Shown one piece after another: positions 11,934-24,014 of a stretch of DNA of 64,000 bases; position 1 is the first letter of the stretch, and each line of letters starts with the position of its first letter. The position numbers were made by a program, and so were the translations under genes. This stretch comes from Lytechinus pictus. Taxonomy: Eukaryota. The notes beneath the pieces were generated by a model. The model saw only the letters and a list, made by a program, of their open reading frames with translations, did not search any database and was not told where the DNA came from. Location of the stretch: NCBI RefSeq assembly GCF_037042905.1, contig NC_087245.1:3288001-3352000 (forward strand), in the 5' to 3' direction.

Positions 11934-14900
11934 TAAGTTTGGACTGAAGTTATTTTCGCTCCTCATCTTCATGTAGCATATAGTTCTGTTCCGACTTTCA
12001 TACTATTTCATTGTTTCATGTTCAGTAGATCTCATCATAACCGCAGAGTATTGTTTTACCATTCACCAGATTATTATTTTTAAGTCTCTCCAGTCTTTCT
12101 TGTTTGAAAATATTTAATTTGTAACAATTAAACAAGACATCAAAGACGTAGTAATGAGAACACAAGTGCATATGTCTTCAAAACAGTAAAATCAATTAGG
12201 TATATTGAAAGTTGGTGGCATTAAATATTTGTGGCTATATATATGCCTCTGAAATTTAATTAAACTTGGCTTAGCTACTAATACTAACAAACGGAAATCT
12301 ACTATTGATCATGTTGATGTTTCCTGTCATGGAGAGGGTTAATTAGTCTAGCCATTGTGTCTATTCGGTATACTCTTTTGCACTATTCTTGACATTGACA
12401 CACACCAGGTTCAACATAGTCCAAGAAAACATATTACCTCTCTCTTATTTCCGTCTTGGATATTATTGTCATAATTACATTGATATTGTGTAATAGCATC
12501 AAATATCAAACATTTTGTTATGTTAGGCTTTTAGGTTAAGAACCCTTTACCATTTCTTTCTTATATTTGAATAATCACCATGCTGTCTTTTGATGGGCAT
12601 TGTGTTTTTGTATAATGATTTATTTTATAATCATTTGTTTCATAGTTCCCTTTTGTCTTCAAGCATGGTCTTCAAAAAGAACAATGCCAAGTGGAAATGA
12701 GGGTGTTCATACCAGCACGATTTCTTATAGAAGTTATAAGGATAATTTTATTGTCAAATATATGTAATAAAGCTTATGGTAGCCACACAAGTCGATAGAG
12801 ACATGGTGATGATGAGGCGTGATTTAATGAAGATCATTCATGTGTACATAATTCTCGTAAACATAACTAAAATCCCAGGTGATTTTTACGGTTGAAATTC
12901 AAAAGTGAAACATTACAAGTTCAAATAAAATCATTTACATTACATCCAAATTGGACAGAGTAAACAATTTAAACAGATAATAACTTAAAAGTGTACATTT
13001 ATCAGCAACATAAACAATTTTAAACACGTGAAGTGAATAATGAAAGGTAGGATATTAAGATTTGATAATTCAAAACGAGAATAAAACAAGATAATAAAAG
13101 AACCATGAATGTACAAATAAAAATAAATGAACTGATATAAATACAATAAGTTGGAAAGTATTTCGAATGAGTCGAGGAATTTACATCAATTTTGGCGCCA
13201 CCTTTAAACATGTTATTAAAGCTAAAAATAAAACACAGCCGTGGTGCAGACGACGTGATCGATGAAACACGTGCCATGATCTTTATGACTTAGTTTAGAT
13301 GTTCATGCTATCTATTGGTAAGGAAAGTAGTGGCGTGTTTTCATTATTGATGCAATACAGATTATTTGGTATCTTTTATCCGGAAACATCCAAGGGATGA
13401 TATACACTCTTAAAAGATTGGGAACGCATTTGCCCAAAGGTTCATGCATATTATTTGCTCAAAATATGAGGTAAATTGCATTGTTTCATATTTTCACACA
13501 GCATTCGATGATGTGATGATGTCTATTCGCCACTGGTAGTGAATTGATTTGAATGTATCTTTTGTCCGTTAAGGACATTCGTCTCGGATTGGGTTTCCAA
13601 ATTACAAATGCATATTCTTAGGCAGAATTCTACCAAATTACATTTAACATTGATGGAGTAAGTTTATAAACTAATATCTTCAAGGTCAATACTCTACTCA
13701 CGGTAATTGATGTTAAGCATGTCAGGGATGCAAAACATTAACCTACAAATCAAAAATGACAAAGAATGTTATTTCTTTTCAAATGAACTTACGGATATAA
13801 GAGACGTATTGGGATCCATAAGCAATGGGTGAGTTAGGAAAACGGACAGAGTGGATGAGAACAAACAAATACTGAGACACACATTGAGAGAAGAGTAAAT
13901 ATGCAAAGAGATGGATATGTAAATGTGATCAGGATAGAGTGGGATGAGGCTAGACTGCTATGCTACAGTCACATCGACGAACCCGATTCCAAACCGACCG
14001 ATAATATATAACTGAAAATAACGTTAAATGTTTCATCGGTCTGGAGCTGATTTTTAGGGTGTGACTGTGACATGTAATAAGATGGATGAAGGAAAGATAC
14101 TCCATAAAGATTTGCTAGTGTTGGCAGAGGATGCTGTTGATATGAGTAATGTCATCATTCTCCGTTGCAGGGGGGGGGGGCGGTTTGGAGATGTGTTCGC
14201 CATGACTACCACAATGTGCTCGGGTAGTATTCGTGATGATGCTCGGTACAGACAGCACGCACTGCTAGAATCAAAAAACGAAATAAACACACAATGTAAT
14301 AACATCAGAATAGTAAATAATGTGAGGGTTTCATGAGTCTTTACAATACCACACATGGAGTGTCTTTCGACACCTTTCATCATTATCATTTGAATTGACT
14401 GGAATCATAAAAAATAGACAATCGATATTGAATTTGACTTTAAATATATTCCACGGTTGAAAAAAAAGCACATAATGTCCCGTAGATAATAAAAAATATA
14501 TGTAATCAAAATTATTATAATAAATCAAACATGAAAAGAACAGTAAGAAGGGGGAGATAAATATAGATCCTGGTAATATGTTCCCTTGATTTTTTTATCC
14601 TTATAGATATACCATCGTGCTGACATCTATCTGATTAGCTGATATTTCTGCTGTATTCTTTTCCATTATCATGGCAACTAAGCACATATTGATTCCTCTC
14701 CTGGTCTAGGTTTTTTTCAAGAATAGATTTCTTTGAAATCACCAGTCCTCGGGGGTTAAGTGTCTGAAAGAATTACAACTAATTATATACTGGGCTAATA
14801 AATGAGATACAATCCACCATGCCCGCGATTTCAGAGCGAAGCGCAGGAGAGATGAAAAAGTGAGACCCTGAACGTAAAAAAACACGCAGAGAAGGAGAAA

Positions 14901-15126
14901 ATTTAAGAAAAAGCAGTGATCATGGTAAATCACTGATAGGCTTATAATGGGAGATTCGAGCAGAATATTTTTATTTGATGAAAGTGACTTAACTTTCAGC
15001 CTCATTAGGCAAAAAAAAATGTAAACGATAATTTTGTTTTATCTACATACATGACATATAGGGGATGAACTAAGGGACAACTTATATACAATATCCACAG
15101 TGTTGAAAAGAGACTACACATATTCG

Positions 15127-15318
15127 TGACGTCAGTGTCAAGTCCTCATGTGAACAGGTGGTTTTCCCGCGAGAAATCATGGCGGGCATATTAGCAGCCT
15201 CACTGTCCATTTGGAGACCTTGCTATCATTCCATCTTGCCAATGAACGATGGAATAAAGCAAGTGAAAGTAATATAGTCAACCGGTGCGGCGTGCTGATG
15301 CAGCATTGATTTTGGCGC
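15127..15318. promoter_or_regulatory. Candidate promoter/enhancer: full CRE plus E2F-like sites
   Basis: TGACGTCA 15127-15134, TTTCCCGC 15163-15170, CATGGCGG ~15178, TTTGGCGC 15311-15318 in a locally CpG-richer patch. Motif match only. Confidence 0.35.
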
Positions 15319-15914
15319 CCTTTTTTATACTTGGATACAGGAACGAAGAAGATAAAGCCAGTTCCAGATTGTCCTGATTAGAAGATATGCAGAATAATAC
15401 TGATCAGCAATGAAATAATGTGGGTGTGTGTCCATGGATGTGTGTATGCGGTGGGGTTTAGCGGATGTTCCTTGTGAAATATTTTTTTAGAACAAAAATA
15501 AAAAAAAATATTTCAAAAGGTTGTTTATGGTTTTAATTGCAATTAATTTTGCATTGCATTATGTTTTGAAGTTGAATAGATGAAAATACTTTAAATACTT
15601 GATTTAAAATCCTTAAATGGTTTCTGATTTGATGCCTTTCATCGTTGTTGAGTGATTAAAAATCAATCAATTTTTTTATAGAAAAGTTGAGAGTGGTGAA
15701 GATATGAGGTCGGGGACTTCTGTATTTTTTGTATCAATCAGTAAGTTAAAGGAAAAATTGTTTATGTTTTTGTTTTTGTATTTTTTTTTAGGGGGGGGGG
15801 GGGGGGAGTCTAATGCACATTGGAAATGCAATAAAAACAATATATGCAATACGAACCAGACATACAGTATAAACTATCGGACATTCCCCAGTCCTTCAAA
15901 AGGCCATTTTCGTG

Positions 15915-16330
15915 CGTTTCGTGCATTTTTAAACACCACCGGTGAAACAATATTTGCACAATTGAATAAATCCAAGATCTTCGTATTCGGAGCGTTTTTG
16001 AAAATCATAAAATTGTCAAGATTTCGCATATTTTGAGCCGAAGTTATTGATATATGACAAGTGTTTCGGGGAATCTGTCGCATATATCATTTTCATCGAT
16101 CAGCTTCATAAAGGCTTCTTCTTGTGTTTCGGGTGTTTTTAATACACACCATTGGTTAAAGCATCTTCTGCACAATTGAATGAATCCAAGATCATGGTAT
16201 TTGGAGCGTTTTTGAAATTACATTATAAAAGTTCAGACTTCGCAATTTGTTCTTGACAAATTTGTCCAAAATAGCATTTCATATAAATGACACGTACGAT
16301 TTTCGGGGAATCTGTCGCATATATAATTTC
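15915..16330. repeat. Diverged direct duplication (~200 bp x2)
   Basis: TGCACAATTGAAT.AATCCAAGATC...GGAGCGTTTTTGAAA...TTTCGGGGAATCTGTCGCATATAT occurs twice. Confidence 0.75.
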
Positions 16331-16365
16331 ACCATTCATTTTGACACACATTAATGAGCCTCGAA

Positions 16366-16477
16366 ATGGACTTTCACATTTGCTCGTGCGGTCGTTTGCG
16401 ATCATTTTGGTCACATTTTACGTTGCACAGAATCGCCACGGTTGTAAGCAGTCGCACCACCAATTGTGAGAGGGGCT
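16366..16477. mobile_element. Short degenerate relative of the AGCCCCTTTCACAATTG Harbinger-like family
   Basis: Right end CAATTGTGAGAGGGGCT|TAA; left CTTTCACATTTG...TTTGCGATCATTTTGGTC resembles the family left end. Confidence 0.5.
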
Positions 16478-17736
16478 TAACACAAGCACTCGCACGGTCA
16501 TGAGCCGTTGCGTGCATCGTAGTTTGAGTGGTAAGTAGTTGTAATCGCTTACAACGTGGCTTACAATATGTACAACGTCCCAGCTCTGTGCTATTGCAAA
16601 GTTTTCGTTTGGATGCTGTACTAACATTCCCACTTACGGTGTCCTTGCTCGCTGGCAAGTTGTAAGCGTCTGCAAGTGCGATTAACGTTGGCAGTGAAAG
16701 TTCCTCATGAAGTAAAAGTGCTACGTGCTCCTAAATCCGTACGAATGCGGTACCCACCACGTACGGATTCCCAAATTTAATATTGCATGTATGCAGATGA
16801 GAATTGGTCGTAATAGAATTGTTCGCACAATGGGCACAAAACGGTTAATCATGAGGGGTTCGGTATGAAATGTTGAAATTTGAACAGTAGAAATATAAAA
16901 AAAATGCAAAAATTGCACTGGCGTAACCATGGTGACGCGTTTATTTTATATCAATTCATGTTGGCCTTTACAACATGTAATGAAAATATGTCTAAAAGAA
17001 AAGTTAAGTGACAGTGGATTCCCCCCATTCTGCTTTTCTCTTAGTCGGAACAGATATAAATTGGTACAGGCAAAGACGAGGTGCATGTAATAGAAAACAT
17101 TTTTTGTATCATATTCGTTCGTTCGTTCTCTTTCTTTTTTTTCTAGTATATTCTAGCTTCTGCGTACATAATTTTCACACACTCACAAATTTGATGATCT
17201 TCATTTGGTGTCAGTGACCAAAATATAGGAATGTCATGGACAATGGATTCAATGATTAGTTGTTCCAATCTGTAGTGTACAATTTCTTACGATACATAAT
17301 CATTTCTAGAGGTTTCCCTCAGACGTATGATCGTAAGACCATCATAGTAGGTCTTTCATCAAACACATCTCACAGAGCATACCATAAATCAGCATTGAGT
17401 ATACATTTGTCATGGTTGTCTCTTATGTTTTTGTCAAATGTATGCATCACTCTTTTGTAATGACCGTCCGTCCTTTCATAAATCTATTTGATATCCATTA
17501 GCTTATAGGTTTGATTTGCTAAAGAAAAAAAAAAGATCTACAGATTTGATGGTCCCCGATGTGTTGGTATTTTTTTCATTGAAAAAAGTTGTTCGTCATT
17601 TTTTAATCCAAAAGTTATAATAGCGTTCTCTAAGGCCCATGTCATAATGAGAGTATTGTAACCTTGTCATTGTGGCAACTTCAATGTTAACATACCTCAG
17701 CAGCCAATCACAATCATAGCAATCAATCATTATGGT

Positions 17737-18071
17737 CACTAGCGTACCTACGGGGGGGGGGCAGGGGGGGGCACTCTGCCTCCCCTGACGAGCAACAACC
17801 CATACAAAAGACATATACCTGCCCCCCCTGACGAGCTTAAAAGACCTTTTTTGCCCCCCCCCCCCCTGACGAGCTTGAAGACCTTTACTACCCCTCCTGA
17901 AGACCTTTTTTTTTTTTGCTTGTCAAATTTTTTTCTGGTACGAAAACCTATATTTTTGTATTGAAGACCTTTTTTTTTTTTTTTTTTTTTTTTGCTTGTC
18001 AAATTTTTTTCTGGTACGAAAACCTATATTTTTTTTGCCCCCCCCTGTGGAAAATCCTAGGTACGCCACTG
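17737..18071. mobile_element. hAT-like MITE with 8-bp TSD
   Basis: Ends CACTAGCGTACCTACGG / CCTAGGTACGCCACTG; flanks ATTATGGT / ATTGTGGT; internal GACGAGC(TTGAAGACC) repeats; sister copy at 43005. Confidence 0.85.
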
Positions 18072-19738
18072 ATTGTGGTCATTGGGTTAAACTTGTATTA
18101 TGTTCAAATTGAATGGAAGAGCGAGCTGGGGGTATCAAATGACAATGTTCATATACTGTAGGTTGACCTTAATGTCTGGGTGCAGAAATGTCATTTGTCT
18201 TGAATGATCTCCTCAATATATGGCTACAAACACAAACCTTCTTACACATTCAATGAACGGGATATTACAATAAATCATAACCTGTTTTTTTTTCGCATTT
18301 CTTAGACTTGTATACGCGTTTTGCATGTTTTCTTCTTGTCTTTATGAATATATGTAATCACCATTAAAAAAAAATACCAGATGTTTTATCTTAATCCTAC
18401 AAAATAAAAATAAAAATAAGTAACGACTGATGTCAATGCTTATTGTTCGATTTCGAAATTACATGACACGTTTATAAACCATAATCTGAGAATAGAATAG
18501 AGAATGGACAAGAACGCGACATAAATCAATGATAATCGACATAGCAAATCGTATTAGGGTACACTTAAATGCGAGGTAAAAACCAACGTGCATTTGATTT
18601 CTCCAGAAAATAAAAAAAGTATAACGTACATAAGAATTATAAAATGTAAAATGAAAAAAAGGAATATGAATTGAATTTAAACAAGACAATGACAAGTTTT
18701 TCAGCCTCACAAAATAAGTTATTGAAAAAATGTTACTCAAGAAAATAATTATTAGCACACATGATGATGAGCTTATATTCATATGATCTTCCTAATAAAA
18801 ATAGTTTCCTCTTTTTCGCGAATCTATCGATTTATATGGGAAAAAGGGAATGATTATGAAATTTGCCATGCAGTTGAACCTTTTTATTACAATTCAAACG
18901 AATCAAACTATACAAAAATTCTCAATTCATTAATAACGTTTATTTTGATGAAATCAAACATTTTACATTTTTTAAAGAAGAAAATGAAAAATGAGAGGAA
19001 GATGGATAAGATAAAGAAGAAGGAGGGGGGAATACGATAAAGATGATGGTTGAGAACTACGAAAAAGAGTAACATGAGGAAAAAGGGAACATGTTTTACA
19101 TTTTCACTTTGACTCAAAGGGTTGTTTCTTCAACGCATAGTTCGCACGCTTGATCACATAGCGCATTCTACGATGCCCTTTGCACTAGAGCATACAAATC
19201 GACTTGGCTAGCTGCACACGACAGCAGAGAAAATCATTTTATTTCAGTGCTTGCACTTGCAGTTGTGCGGACGTGCTATGTACACATCACCACTACTAGA
19301 CAACTATACTTAATGGGATCGTGATGGGCATTGACTTCGTCTGCTTCTTGTGAAGGATGTTTACACCTGTACGTTAGTACCGGTTTTTTTTCTTGTTCAT
19401 ATGTACCAAAATGCTGATGGAATGAGTGTTGTCTAATCTTACCCATAGAGCTCTTAACATTAAACCACATGTTATGATGTGATCTGCAGGGAGAGAAGCA
19501 TAAGAAGAGGAAAGGAGCACTTCTGAACGGAAACTTATACCGGGATTAATACTTGGGAAGCTATCTCCACATTTCACATCATCGCCCAGTTAGAATAGCA
19601 GACGACGGATTTTTGGTGGATTTTTCTGTGGCGTTTCTGAGCGTCTGGGTGCAATTTCAGTTCATTTTCTACAGGGAGTTAAACCGACCATCTGTAACTT
19701 TGTCTTGGTGCGGGATATCGTGCTTGCTGACGGGGAAG

Positions 19739-19913
19739 ATGAGGGCGGGAGATCCTCCACCGCCAGGGGCTGAAAAAGGGCCCATCCCTGAAAAAGGTCC
19801 CATCAAAGAAGGGACGCCCCTCCCCAGTCAGGCTGATAAACAAAAGGAGTACCGACAGATTAGAAAATGTAAAAGTGCCACCTTCAACATCGATGGATAC
19901 AGTTACACTATAG
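19739..19913 (+). CDS. PDE1: N-terminal exon of a Ca2+/calmodulin-dependent cyclic nucleotide phosphodiesterase 1 (PDE1C-like long isoform), MRAGDPPPPG...RKCKSATFNIDGYSYTI
   Basis: KCKSATFNIDGYSYTI closely matches the KCRSATFSIDGYSFTI motif I recall at the start of long vertebrate PDE1C isoforms; AAG-ATG start context; donor TAG|GTTAGT at 19913/19914 (phase 1); possible acceptor TTCATTTTCTACAG| at 19674. No catalytic exons seen in the window. Confidence 0.8.
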
Positions 19914-20122
19914 GTTAGTTGATATTTGTGTTTTAAGGTCTTTTTATCCTTAATGTAATTTTGATGAAGCATAACATCCATATTTGTTCCTTGTTATTTT
20001 CATGATAATAATGATATAAAAAACATGTCACCGTAAAGATTTTGGTGTTGGGTACTTTTTTGCTCTTTTATCATGTTCATCATTCTGGTTGACGAACAGA
20101 AGATTTGTCTGGACACGTGGTA

Positions 20123-20346
20123 CACTGCGAAAACGCCGGTAGTAATTTAACACCAGCCTGGTATCTATATCGGTCCACACCAGAGAAGCGTTGAAACAAC
20201 AACAGTTTATTGGTTTAACACTAATTTGTGTTCTTAAATCAAAGATTTAGTGTTAGCCGAACGCCATACCGGTGTTGTTTCCACACACCTCTGGCGTGGA
20301 CCGAATAGATACCAGGCTGGTGTTAAATTAACACCGTTTTGCAGTG
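20123..20346. mobile_element. Full-length CACTG MITE (224 bp)
   Basis: TA|CACTGCGAAAAC...TAATTTAACACCAGCCTGGTATCTAT ... TAGATACCAGGCTGGTGTTAAATTA...TTTTGCAGTG|TG. Confidence 0.8.
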
Positions 20347-20548
20347 TGCTAATAATCATGGTATGTGTACTAGTGTGAAGCATTTCCCTACTTTTATAAG
20401 AGGTTACAGTATCATGGAATTACATTGATCGGAGGTTTGCCAAGTTTGAAAAAAGCAGCTTTAAGAAGCAACGGCCAGTTATTATAAAAAATTTCATATA
20501 TCATGCATGTCGAAATGAAATGATATTTCATTCATTTTGCCTATACTA

Positions 20549-20726
20549 CAGGGGCCGCGGAACGGTTTTCAAAGTTGGGCGGCTGAGCCAAAAGTGGGGG
20601 GGGGGGGGGGCTGACCATGCAAAAAATCACAATCAAATGGTCATTTTTTACGTTTTTGTACACAGTTTTGGAAAAAAGTGTGGGGGGGGGGGCTGAAGCC
20701 CCCCACCCCCGCTTCCCCGGCCCCTG
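20549..20726. mobile_element. Small TIR element with G-runs (hAT-like ends)
   Basis: CAGGGGCCG ... CGGCCCCTG; TACTA repeated on both flanks. Confidence 0.7.
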
Positions 20727-21878
20727 TACTAAGCATGTACATGCCTGTGTATAGACGAATGTATAAGAGTGTATGTGCGTGTTTGTGTGTGTATGCGTTT
20801 TATGTGGGTGTGAGAGTGTGCGTTGTGTGTGTGTGTGTATATCTACAAAGCTCATACAAAGTTTCTTTACAGTATTATTGTGCAATGGTGACGAATTTGG
20901 GACTCAACCATATACACAACGAATCATATTCAGTGAGAGTGAACAATAATCACAATTATCATAAAATGACAGTGCCATAGAAACGTATTCCTGTTATGCG
21001 TATCCAGTCATGGTATAAGGACATGTATCGGTTATCAACATGATTAATATTTTGCTTCACTCACCGTGTAAAATATTAATTAATATGCTTACGTTTCCCG
21101 GTTATATGGCATTGTTACTTAGGTGATTCCCCCCATGTTAGAATACGCCTAAACTTCATTTATGTATTGTTTATAAATTTTCAACTTTAACACTGTTTGA
21201 ATATATTCCTTTGTGGCAAAGCATTTGATACATGCAAGAAAGAGGATATAATTTACAGGTGCAGTATACGAACAGTAAATTTAATAGTGAACCTTGGTAT
21301 GGTGTACAAGTAATTCCAATTACACGTCTAATTGCTTCTCATCCCTTGGTGTCTAATTATGTGCTTTTTAAAATTAACAATTAATTCGGCGACCAGGCCA
21401 ATTCATGCGTTACACGGTTATACGGTTAGCTTGTCTAAATGGTACTATGTATTGATTTTCAGTGTTTTAATTAAGTCTAAATGAGCTGTGCCCCGGGTGC
21501 AGATAATGGCCTATAGAATTAGCTCATAGATCACGTGACGTTCTATCAAACGAACGTCATCAAAGTCTACGATGCGCCAACTGTATTACTTGCAGGGTAT
21601 GACAGAAAATCCTGATCTATTCAATCTTGTTAGGATATTTTTAACTTAGTCATTGATCATAGCTGCGTCCTTTTCGCACACTTCTACACATTTCTTTATT
21701 TAAGCTATCATTGAAATTTGATCATAATTTTGAATGGATATGAAGTATTTTAGTAGTTTCCAGTGAGATCTCCTAGCAGAGCATTCTTGAAATCAAGAAG
21801 TTTTCAGTCCTCCGAACATGCATCAAGGTAGATGTATTGAAATCCTTTTGACCTAGGCATTATGAACTAGAACATTAA

Positions 21879-22040
21879 TACCATGGTCTTATTTACTCTA
21901 CGGCGGCTGTACGGCGAGTCAAAAACAGCCGTTTTATTCATTTTTATACAAACCACCTCTATGTAGCTCGTACATAAAATATGAAAACGGCTGTTTTCGA
22001 CTCGCCGTACGGCCGCCGTAGAGCAAATGTGACCAAGGTA
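21879..22040. mobile_element. Harbinger-like hairpin MITE (162 bp) with TAA TSD
   Basis: TAA|TACCATGGTCTTATTTACTCTACGGCGGCTGTACGGCGAGTCAAAAACAGCCGTTTT ... AAAACGGCTGTTTTCGACTCGCCGTACGGCCGCCGTAGAGCAAATGTGACCAAGGTA|TAA. Confidence 0.85.
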
Positions 22041-22515
22041 TAAGTTACTATTTATAGTTCACAATCGTTTAATACATATCCTGTATGGTATACTGTTAGT
22101 TTCGGTGCTTTACCTACCTACAGATACATAGGCCTATTATGGAATGAATTGGTATATTGTTAAACAAAAAACAAAAAAACTTTGGAAATCAATTATTTAG
22201 TCATAATCGATTTTGTAGATGTATCATAGAAAAGAAGCTCTGTCATGGGTTGAACGTCTAAGCTCCTTTTGTTGACTACTATTACACTAACATGACCAGA
22301 GGAAAGCTTGATCATGGTAGCAGTGATGATAATGTGTATTGCAGTATAGATGCATCTCTGTCTCTTCAGTTACTTTGTACTTCTAAAATAAACAATTATT
22401 AGGCTAATTAATGGACATGCATGAATATATGAAGCGTGTAAATATCAAATAGCAAATTAATATAGTGATAGATAGAGCGATTGGAAATATCGGTTGTCGA
22501 TAACGTTATTAACAC

Positions 22516-24014
22516 CAGTGGCGTAACTACGGGGGGGGGGCATGGGGGGCACGTGCCCCCCCCCCCTCCCAATCGGCTGGCAAAAAAAACGGGGAAAAGG
22601 AGAAAAAGAGAGAGGAAGGAAGAGAAACGTAGTGGGAAAGACGAAATTATTAATTTCATTTTACATTATAATTAGATTCTGCTAGGATCGAAAGCTTAGG
22701 CCCCTTTGTGACTTTCTACATTATAATTATGTTATATTACTGTATATTACATGAATAAACTTTTGTTTTCATAACTTAACATAATTTGCTCAGGGCCTAC
22801 ATGTATGTCTTCATTGTTCCTGGTGCTCGCATTGTCTGTTTAACTAGATATAATAGATCCAAAAAAATTTCGGAATTCTATAGTTTTCAAGTATATTTGA
22901 GAGACGTGACGTTGTCAAATCAAGTCAATATACACCAACTATGTTTCCTCGCACTTCGAGCTACTATTGTTTTATGTAGTGACATATGCTTCTTTTTCAT
23001 GACTACTTAAAGTGATCGCCCCGTTTTAATGTCTTAATATAAAACATTTCCTGTCCGTGCTTACGTTCACATTAAAGGATTTGTGAGATATGTCTGCTCT
23101 TCATTAATTCCTAAAATCAGTCCTTAAATGTCCCTCTTTTCTGATCTGAATATAAAAAAATTCCAGCTCGCGGTTCGCACTCGCAACATTTAGTTAGTGA
23201 AGTACGTATGGTCTTAGTGAATTCCTACAAACAAGCCTTAGAATGCCCCTCTTCAGATCTGAATTTCCTATATTTTCAGCTCACGCTTCGCGCTCGCAAT
23301 ATTTCATTAGTGAGATGCGTATGATAATCATGATTACAATGACTACAAAAAGAGCTCCCTGTGTTTAAATGTAATTCTAACCAAATCAGCAAGCGCTTGG
23401 CACTCGCATTAGATGACTATGGTGAGATATGTATACTCTTAATGGATTCCTTAAAAAATAGTCCTCAAAATATCCCCTCTTCAGGTCTGAACCTATCTAA
23501 ATTTCAGCTCGCGCTTCGCGCTCGCAATATTTGATTAGCGAGATGCGTATGCTATTCATGATTACAATGACTTCAAGTGCTTCATGTGTTTAGATATAAT
23601 TCTAACAAAATCAGCAAGCGCTTGGCACTAGCATTAGATGAATATCGTGAGATATGTATACTCTTAATTGATTACTAAAATATAGTCCTTCAAATGTCCC
23701 TGTTTGGGGTCAATATATACAACATTTTCAGCTTGTGCTTCGCGCTCGTATTGTTTGTTTAGCGAGACAGGTATGTAACATGATAACAAAAATTTGCTTA
23801 TAATATCCCTTTCTAGATCTGAAAATCAAAAATTTTCAGCGCTCGCATTATTTGGTCAGTGAGATACATATCCGTTTAATGGCACTGTCCTTAAAATGTC
23901 TCTTTTAGGTCAGTATACCTGGCAACTGAGCGCGCTTTGCGCGCTCACTAGGTGACTCAAAATTTTTGATGGTGCCCCCCCCCCCCCAATGCCATGACCC
24001 ACGGTACGCCACTG
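22516..24014. mobile_element. hAT-like non-autonomous transposon (1499 bp) with internal tandem repeats
   Basis: CAGTGGCGTA ... TACGCCACTG; perfect 8-bp TSD ATTAACAC (22508-22515, 24015-24022); internal ~115-bp units (CAGCTCGCGCTTCGCGCTCGCA motif) arranged as ~225-bp dimers. Confidence 0.9.

Noticed and set aside
14054..15005. ORFs and minus-strand acceptor-like sites suggesting a nested gene
   Set aside because: No recognisable protein and no coherent exon chain.
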